DNA from: Eledone cirrhosa
Taxonomy: Eukaryota
Assembly (NCBI GenBank): GCA_964016885.1
Contig: OZ024744.1
Coordinates: forward strand, 131,812,001-131,876,000
Direction: 5' to 3'
Length of the DNA: 64,000 nt
In this document: positions 56,801 to 64,000 of the stretch, one piece after another
Layout of the letters: each line of letters begins with the position of its first letter
Numbering within the stretch: position 1 is the stretch's first letter
Translations under genes and position numbers: made by a program
The notes under the pieces: generated by a model
Database searches by the model: none
Told to the model about the DNA's origin: nothing
Seen by the model: the letters and a program-made list of their open reading frames with translations, nothing else

Positions 56801-59774
56801 TTGAGTTAAGTTGGGGTTAAGTTAAGTTGGGGTTAAGTTAAGTTGGGGTTCAGTTAAGTTTGGGTTAAGTTAAGTTGGGGTTAAGATGGGGTTAAATTAA
56901 GTTGGGGTTTAGTTAAGTTGGGGTTAAGTTAAGTTGGGGTTAAGTTAAGTTGGGGTTAAGTTAAGTCGGGGTTAAGTTAAGTCGGGGTTAAGTTAAGTTA
57001 GGGTTAAGTTAAGTTGGAGTTAAGTTAAGTTGGGGTTGATTTAAGTTGGGGTTGAGTTAAATTAGGGTGGAGTTAAGTTGGGGTTGAGTTAAGTTGGTGT
57101 TGAGTTAAGTTAGGGTTAAGTTAAGTTGGGGTTAAGTTAAGTTGCAGTTAAGTTAAGTTGAGATTAAGTTAAGTTGGGGTTAAGTTAAGTTTGGGTTAAG
57201 TTGGGGTTAAATTAAGTTGGGGTTATGTTAAGTTGGGGTTTAGTTAAGTTGGGGTTAAGTTAAGTTGGGGTTAATTTAAGTTGGGGTTAAGTTAAGTTGG
57301 GGTTAAGTTAAGTGGTGGTTATGTTAAGTTGGGGTTAAGTTAAGTTGGGGTTAATTTAAATTGGGGTTAAGTTAACTTTGTGGTTAAGTTAAGTTGGGGT
57401 TAAGTTAAGTTGGGGTTAAGTTAAGTTGGGGTTGAGTTAATTGGGGTTGAGTGAAGTTGGGGTTAAGTTAAGTTGGGGTTAATTTAAGTTGGGGTTAAGT
57501 TAAGTCGGGGTTAAGTTAAGTTGGGGTTGAGTTAAGTTGGGGTTAATTTAAGTTGGGGCTAATTTAATTTGTGGTTAAGTTGGGGTTAAGTTAAGTTGGG
57601 GTTAAGTTAAGTTGGGGTTGAGTTAAGTTGGGGTTGAGTTAATTTAGGGTTAAGTTAAGTTGGGGTTAAGTTAAGTTGGGTTTAAGTTAAGTTGGGGTTA
57701 AATTAAGTTGGGGTTAAGTTAAGTTGGGGGTAAGTTAAGTTGGGGGCAAGTTAAGTTGGGGTTAAGTTAAGTTGGGGTTAAATTAAGTTGGGGTTAAGTT
57801 AAGTTGGTGTTAAGTTAAGTTGGGGTTTATTTAAGTTGGGGTTAATTAAGTTGGGGTTAAGTTAAGTTGGGGTTAAGTTAAGTTGGGGTTAATTTAAGTT
57901 GGGGTTGAGTTAAGTTGGGGTTAAGTTAAATGGGTTTATATTAAGTTGGGGTTAAGTTAAGTTGGGGTTAAGTTAAGTTGGGGTTGAGTTAAGTTGGGGC
58001 TGAGTTAAGTTGGGGTTAAGTTAAGTTGGGGTTGAGTTAAGTTGGGGTTAAGTTAAGTTGGGGTTAAGTTAAGTTGGGGTTAAGTTAAGTTGGGGTTAAG
58101 TTAAGTTGGGGTTTAGTTAAGTTGGGGTTCAGTTAAGTTGGGGTTAAGTTAAGTTTGGGTTAAGTTGGGGTTAAATTAATTTGGGGTTAAGTTAAGTTGG
58201 GGTTTAGTTTAGTTGGGGTTAAGTTAAGTTGGGGTTAATTTAAGTTGGGGTTAAGTTAAGTTGCGGGTAATTTAAGTTGGGGTTAATTTAAGTTGGGGTT
58301 AAGTTAAGTTGGGGTTAAGTTAAGTTGGGGTTAAGTTAAGTTGGGGGTAAGTTAAGTTGGGGTTAAGTTAAGGCGGGGTTAAGTTGAGTTGGTGTTAAGT
58401 TAAGTTGGGGTTAAGTTAAGTTGGGGTTGAGTTAATTTGGGGTTAACTTAAGTTGGGGGTACTTAAGTTGGGTTTAAGTTAAGTGGGGTTAAGTTAAGTT
58501 GGGGTTAAGTTAAGTTGGGGTTAAGTTAAGTTGGGGTTAAGTTAGGTTGTGGTTAAGTTAAGTTGGGGGTAAGTTAAGTTGGGGGTAAGTTAAGTTGGGG
58601 TTAATTTAAGTTGGGTCTAATTAAGTTGGGGTTAATTTAAGTTGGGGTTAAGTTAAGTTGGGGTTGAGTTAATTTGGGGTTAACTTAAGTTGGGGGTACT
58701 TAAGTTGGGTTTAAGTTAAGTGGTGTTAAGTTAAGTTGGGGGTAAGTTAATTTGGGGGTAAGTTAAGTTGGGGTTAATTTAAGTTGGGTCAAATTAAGTT
58801 GGGGTTAAGTTAAGTTGGGGTTAAGTTAAGTTGGGGTTAAATTAAGTTGGGGTTAAGTTAAGTTGGGGTTAAATTAAGTTGGCGTAAGTTAATTTGTGGT
58901 TAAGTTAAGTTGGGGTTAAGTTAAGTTGGGATTAAGTTAAGTTGGGGTTGAGTTAAGTTGGGGTTGAGTTAATTTAGGGTTAAGTTAAGTTGTGGTTAAG
59001 TTAAGTTGGGTTTAAGTTAAGTTGGGGTTAAATTAAGTTGGGGTTAAATTAAGTTGGGGTTAAGTTAGGTTGGGGTTAAGTTAAGTTGGGGTTTATTTAA
59101 GTTGGGGTTAATTAAGTTGGGGTTAAGTTAAGTTGGGTTTAAGTTAAGTTGGGGTTAATTTAAGTTGGGGTTGAGTTAAGTTGGGGTTAAGTTAAGTTGG
59201 GTTTATATTAAGTTGGGGTTAAGTTAAGTTGGGGTTAAGTTAAGTTGGGGTTCAGTTAAGTTGCGGTTAAGTTAAGTTGGGGTAAAGTTAAGTTGGTGTT
59301 AAGTTAAGTTGGGGTTAAGTTAAGTTGGTGTTAAGTTAAGTTGGGGCTAAGTTAAGTTGGGGCTGAGTTAAGTTGGGGCTGAGTTAAGTTGGGGTTAAGT
59401 TAAGTTGGGGTTGAGTTAAGTTGGGGTTAAGTTAAGTTGGGGTTAAGTTAAGTTGAGGTTAAGTTAAGTTGGGGTTAAGTTAAGTTGGGGTTTAGTTAAG
59501 TTGGGGTTCAGTTAAGTTGGGGTTAAGTTAAGTTTGGGTTAAGTTGGAGTTAAATTAATTTGGGGTTAAGTTAAGTTGGGGTTTAGTTTAGTTGGGGTTA
59601 AGTTAAGTTTGGGTTAAGTTGGAGTTAAATTAATTTGGGGTTAAGTTAAGTTGGGGTTTAGTTTAGTTGGGGTTAAGTTAAGTTGGGGTTAATTTAAGTT
59701 GGGGTTAAGTTAAGTTGCGGGTAATTTAAGTTGGGGTTAAGTTAAGTTGGGGTTAAGTTAAGTTGGGGTTAAGT

Positions 59775-62734
59775 TGGGGTTAAATTAATTTGGGGTTAAG
59801 TTAAGTTGGGGTTTAGTTCAGTTGGGGTTAAGTTAAGTTGGGGTTAATTTAAGTTGGGGTTAAGTTAAGTTGCGGGTAATTTAAGTTGGGGTTAAGTTAA
59901 GTTGGGGTTAAGTTAAGTTGGGGTTAAGTTAAGTTGGGGTTAAGTTAAGTTGGGGTTAAGTTAAGTTGGGGGTAAGTTAAGTTGGGGTCAAGTTAAGTTG
60001 GGGTTAAAATTAAGTTGGGGTTAAGTCAAGTTGGGGTTAAGTTAAGTTGGGGTTAATTTAGTTGGGGTTAAGTTAAGTTGGGGCTAAGTTAAGTTGGGGC
60101 TAAGTTAAGTTGGGGTTAAGTTAAGTTGGGTTTAAGTTGAGTTGGGGTTAAATTAAGTTGGGGTTAAATTAAGTTGGGGTTAAGTTAAGTTGGGGGTAAG
60201 TTAAGTTGGGGTTAAGTTAAGTTGGGGTTAAGTTAAGTTGGGGACAAGTTAAGTTGGGGTTAAAATTAAGTTGGGGTTAAGTCAAGTTGGGGTTAAGTTA
60301 AGTTGGTGTTAATTTAAGTTGGGGCTAAGGTAAGTTGGGGTTGAGTTAAGTTGGGGTTAATTTAAATTGGGGTTAAGTTAACTTTGTGGTTAAGTTAAGT
60401 TGGGGTTAAGTTAAGTTGGGGTTAAGTTAAGTTGGGGTTGAGTTAAGTTGGGGTTGAGTGAAGTTGGGGTTAAGTTAAGTTGGGGTTGAGTTAAGTTGGC
60501 GTTAAGTTAAGTTGGGGTTGAGTTAAGTTGGGGTTGAGTTAATTTAGGGTTAAGTTAAGTTGGGGTTAAGTTAAGTTGGGTTTAAGGTAAGTTGGGGTTA
60601 AGTTAAGTTGGGGGTAAGTTAAGTTGGGGTTAAGTTAAGTTGGGGTTAAGTTAAGTTGGGGTTAAGTTAAGTTGGGGTCAAGTTAAGTTGGGGTTAAAAT
60701 TAAGTTGGGGTTAAGTCAAGTTGGGGTTAAGTTAAGTTGGGGTTAATTTAGTTGGGGTTAAATTAAGTTGGGGCTAAGTTAAGTTGGGGCTAAGTTAAGT
60801 TGGGGCTAACTTAAGTTGGGGTTAAGTTAAGTTGGGGTTGAGTTAAGGTGGGGTTAATTTAAGTTGGGGTCAACTTAAATTGGGGTTAAGTTAAGTTGGG
60901 GTTAAGTTAAGTTGGGGTTAAGTTAAGTTGGGGTTAAGTTAAGTTGGGGTTAAATTAAGTTGGTGTTAAGTTAAGTTGGGGCTAAGTTAAGTTGGGGCTG
61001 AGTTAAGTTGGGGTTGAGTTAAGTTGGGGTTAAGTTAAGTTGGGGTTAAGTTAAGTTGGGGTTAAGTTAAGTTGGGGTTAAGTTAAGTTGGGGTTAAGAT
61101 GGGGTTAAATTAAGTTGGGTTTAAATTAAGTTGGGGTTAAGTTAAGTTGGGGTTAAGTTAAGTTGGGGTTAAGTTAAGTCGGGGTTAAGTTAAGTCGGGG
61201 TTAAGTTAAGTTAGGGTTAATTTAAGTTGGAGTTAAGTTAAGTTGGGGTTGAGTTGGGGTTAAATTAATTTGGGGTTAAGTTAAGTTGGGGTTTAGTTTA
61301 GTTGGGGTTAAGTTAAGTTGGGGTTAATTTAAGTTGGGGTTAAGTTAAGTTGCGGGTAATTTAAGTTGGGGTTAAGTTAAGTTGGGGTTAAGTTAAGTTG
61401 GGGTTAAGTTAAGTTGGGGTTAAGTTAAGTTGGGGTTAAGTTAAGTTGGGGGTAAGTTAAGTTGGGGTCAAGTTAAGTTGGGGTTAAAATTAAGTTGGGG
61501 TTAAGTCAAGTTGGGGTTAAGTTAAGTTGGGGTTAATTTAGTTGGGGTTAAGTTAAGTTGGGGCTAAGTTAAGTTGGGGCTAAGTTAAGTTGGGGTTAAG
61601 TTAAGTTGGGTTTAAGTTGAGTTGGGGTTAAATTAAGTTGGGGTTAAATTAAGTTGGGGTTAAGTTAAGTTGGGGGTAAGTTAAGTTGGGGTTAAGTTAA
61701 GTTGGGGTTAAGTTAAGTTGGGGACAAGTTAAGTTGGGGTTAAAATTAAGTTGGGGTTAAGTCAAGTTGGGGTTAAGTTAAGTTGGTGTTAATTTAAGTT
61801 GGGGCTAAGGTAAGTTGGGGTTGAGTTAAGTTGGGGTTAATTTAAATTGGGGTTAAGTTAACTTTGTGGTTAAGTTAAGTTGGGGTTAAGTTAAGTTGGG
61901 GTTAAGTTAAGTTGGGGTTGAGTTAAGTTGGGGTTGAGTGAAGTTGGGGTTAAGTTAAGTTGGGGTTGAGTTAAGTTGGCGTTAAGTTAAGTTGGGGTTG
62001 AGTTAAGTTGGGGTTGAGTTAATTTAGGGTTAAGTTAAGTTGGGGTTAAGTTATTTTGGGTTTAAGGTAAGTTGGGGTTAAGTTAAGTTGGGGGTAAGTT
62101 AAGTTGGGGTTAAGTTAAGTTGGGGTTAAGTTAAGTTGGGGTTAAGTTAAGTTGGGGTCAAGTTAAGTTGGGGTTAAAATTAAGTTGGGGTTAAGTCAAG
62201 TTGGGGTTAAGTTAAGTTGGGGTTAATTTAGTTGGGGTTAAGTTAAGTTGGGGCTAAGTTAAGTTGGGGCTAAGTTAAGTTGGGGCTAACTTAAGTTGGG
62301 GTTAAGTTAAGTTGGGGTTGAGTTAAGGTGGGGTTAATTTAAGTTGGGGTCAACTTAAATTGGGGTTAAGTTAAGTTGGGGTTAAGTTAAGTTGGGGTTA
62401 AGTTAAGTTGGGGTTAAGTTAAGTTGGGGTTAAATTAAGTTGGTGTTAAGTTAAGTTGGGGCTAAGTTAAGTTGGGGCTGAGTTAAGTTGGGGTTGAGTT
62501 AAGTTGGGGTTAAGTTAAGTTGGGGTTAAGTTAAGTTGGGGTTAAGTTAAGTTGGGGTTAAGTTAAGTTGGGGTTAAGATGGGGTTAAATTAAGTTGGGT
62601 TTAAATTAAGTTGGGGTTAAGTTAAGTTGGGGTTAAGTTAAGTTGGGGTTAAGTTAAGTCGGGGTTAAGTTAAGTCGGGGTTAAGTTAAGTTAGGGTTAA
62701 TTTAAGTTGGAGTTAAGTTAAGTTGGGGTTGAGT
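59775..62734 (+). repeat. Second copy of the 1480-bp tandem duplication
   Basis: ggggAcaag 60244/61724 and ggctaaGgtaag 60329/61809; the same hybrid junction ggggttgagttgggg is at 61245, 15254 bp from 45991. Confidence 0.9.
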
Positions 62735-64000
62735 TAAGTTGGGGTTGAGTTAAATTGGGGTGGAGTTAAGTTGGGGTTGAGTTAAGTTGGTGTTGAGTTA
62801 TGTTGGGGTTAAGTTAAGTCGGGGTTAAGTTAAGTTGCAGTTAATTTAAGTTGAGGTTAAGTTAAGTTGGGGTTAAGTTAAGTTGGGGTTAAGTTAAGTT
62901 GGGGCTAAGTTAAGTTGGGGCTAAGTTAAGTTGGGGCTTAGTTAAGTTGGGGTTCAGTTAAGTTGGGGTTAAGTTAAGTTTCGGTTAAGTTGGGGTTAAA
63001 TTAAGTTGGGGTTAAGTTAAGTTGGGGTTTAGTTAAGTTGGGGTTAAGTTAAGTTGGGGTTAATTTAAGTTGGGGTTAAGTTAAGTTGGGGTTAAGTTAA
63101 GTGGTGGTTATGTTAAGTTGGGGTTAAGTTAAGTTGGGATTAATTTAAATTGGGGTTAAGTTAACTTTGTGGTTAAGTTAAGTGGGGGTTAAGTTAAGTT
63201 GGGGTTAAGTTAAGTTGGGGTTGAGTTAAGTTGGGGTTGAGTGAAGTTGGGGTTAAGTTAAGTTGGGGTTAATTTAAGTTGGGGTTAAGTTAAGTCGGGG
63301 TTAAGTTAAGTTGGGGTTGAGTTAAGTTGGGGTTAATTTAAGTTGGGGCTAAGTTAATTTGTGGTTAAGTTAAGTTGGGGTTAAGTTAAGTTGGGGTTAA
63401 GTTAAGTTGGGGTTGAGTTAAGTTGGGGTTAAGTTAATTTGTGGTTAAGTTAAGTTGGGGTTAAGTTAAGTTGGGGTTAAGTTAAGTTGGGTTTAAGTTA
63501 AGTTGGGGTTAAATTAAGTTGGGGTTAAATTAAGTTGGGGTTAAGTTAGGTTGGGGGTAAGTTAAGTTGGGGTCAAGTTAAGTTGGGGTTAAAATTAAGT
63601 TGGGGTTAAGTCAAGTTGGGGTTAAGTTAAGTTGGGGTTAATTTAGTTGGGGTTAAGTTAAGTTGGGGCTAAGTTAAGTTGGGGCTAAGTTAAGTTGGGG
63701 CTAACTTAAGTTGGGGTTAAGTTAAGTTGGGGTTGAGTTAAGGTGGGGTTAATTTAAGTTGGGGTCAACTTAAATTGGGGTTAAGTTAAGTTGGGGTTAA
63801 GTTAAGTTGGGGTTAAGTTAAGTTGGGGTTAAGTTAAGTTGGGGTTAAATTAAGTTGGTGTTAAGTTAAGTTGGGGCTAAGTTAAGTTGGGGCTGAGTTG
63901 AGTTGGGGCTGGGTTAAGTTGGGGTTAAGTTAAGTTGGGGTTGAGTTAAGTTGGGGTTAAGTTAAGTTGGGGTTAAGTTAAGTTGGGGTTAAGTTAAGTT

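Larger units (their letters stand above)
1..64000 (+). repeat. 16-bp tandem satellite (GGGGTTAAGTTAAGTT)n, about 4,000 monomers, G-rich strand on +; continues beyond both window ends
   Basis: Read directly: positions 1-48 are ggttaagttaagttgg/ggttaagttaaattgg/ggttaagttaagttgg, and the same unit continues to 64000 with point variants and occasional 11-, 15- and 17-nt monomers. Consensus composition is 6 G, 6 T, 4 A, 0 C (37.5% GC). Confidence 0.99.
40550..64000 (+). repeat. Duplication about 40.55-48.75 kb / about 55.9-64.0 kb (offset 15.2-15.35 kb), running off the right end of the window
   Basis: tacgttagga 40641/55991 and gAgattaag 41811/57161 (15350); aaggCgggg 43168/58374 and ttggCgtaag 43677/58883 (15206); ggggAcaag 44990/60244 and tttCggtt 47728/62982 (15254). 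Confidence 0.9.

Noticed and set aside
1-64000. Protein-coding ORF (repetitive protein) on either strand
   Set aside because: TTAA puts TAA on both strands twice per monomer, and the 16-nt period cycles through all frames, so every frame hits a stop within a few monomers.
1-64000. CRISPR array or other repeat-spacer system
   Set aside because: There are no unique spacers, only point variants of one monomer, and no cas genes or leader.
1-64000. Canonical telomere tract ((TTAGGG)n, (TTAGG)n, (TTGGGG)n or (TTTTGGGG)n)
   Set aside because: These motifs occur only as sub-parts or isolated variants and never as tandem runs. Block-inherited variants argue against recent telomerase synthesis.
1-64000. 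Synthetic or low-complexity sequencing artefact, or an information-bearing code in the variant order
   Set aside because: The hierarchical, diverged duplications look like natural satellite evolution, and duplication history explains the variant order without invoking a code.

Overview
The whole 64 kb window is one tandem satellite array with no unique sequence, and it runs off both ends. The consensus monomer is 16 bp, GGGGTTAAGTTAAGTT (TTAAG-TTAAG-TTGGGG), at about 4,000 copies by arithmetic. The + strand is G/T-rich and its consensus has no C. I can support no genes, RNA genes, transposons or CRISPR arrays, and no enzyme-encoding system. The structure that is visible is: (i) three related short inverted blocks (986-1413, 5019-5446, 6662-6960) with identical junctions, a spacer-less palindrome centred on GGGGTT|AACCCC on the left and CCCC-AAATTC-GGGG on the right; (ii) nested block duplications traced with rare variant monomers (offsets of about 0.95, 1.5, 3.04, 3.5-3.95, 4.03, 10.2-10.7, 12.59 and 15.2-15.35 kb); (iii) position-restricted layers of variants; and (iv) a telomere-like monomer able in principle to form G-quadruplex/i-motif structures. 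The source is probably eukaryotic heterochromatin (subtelomeric, interstitial telomere-like or (peri)centromeric), but neither organism nor location can be determined from the sequence. All offsets were counted by hand, and duplication boundaries are approximate.
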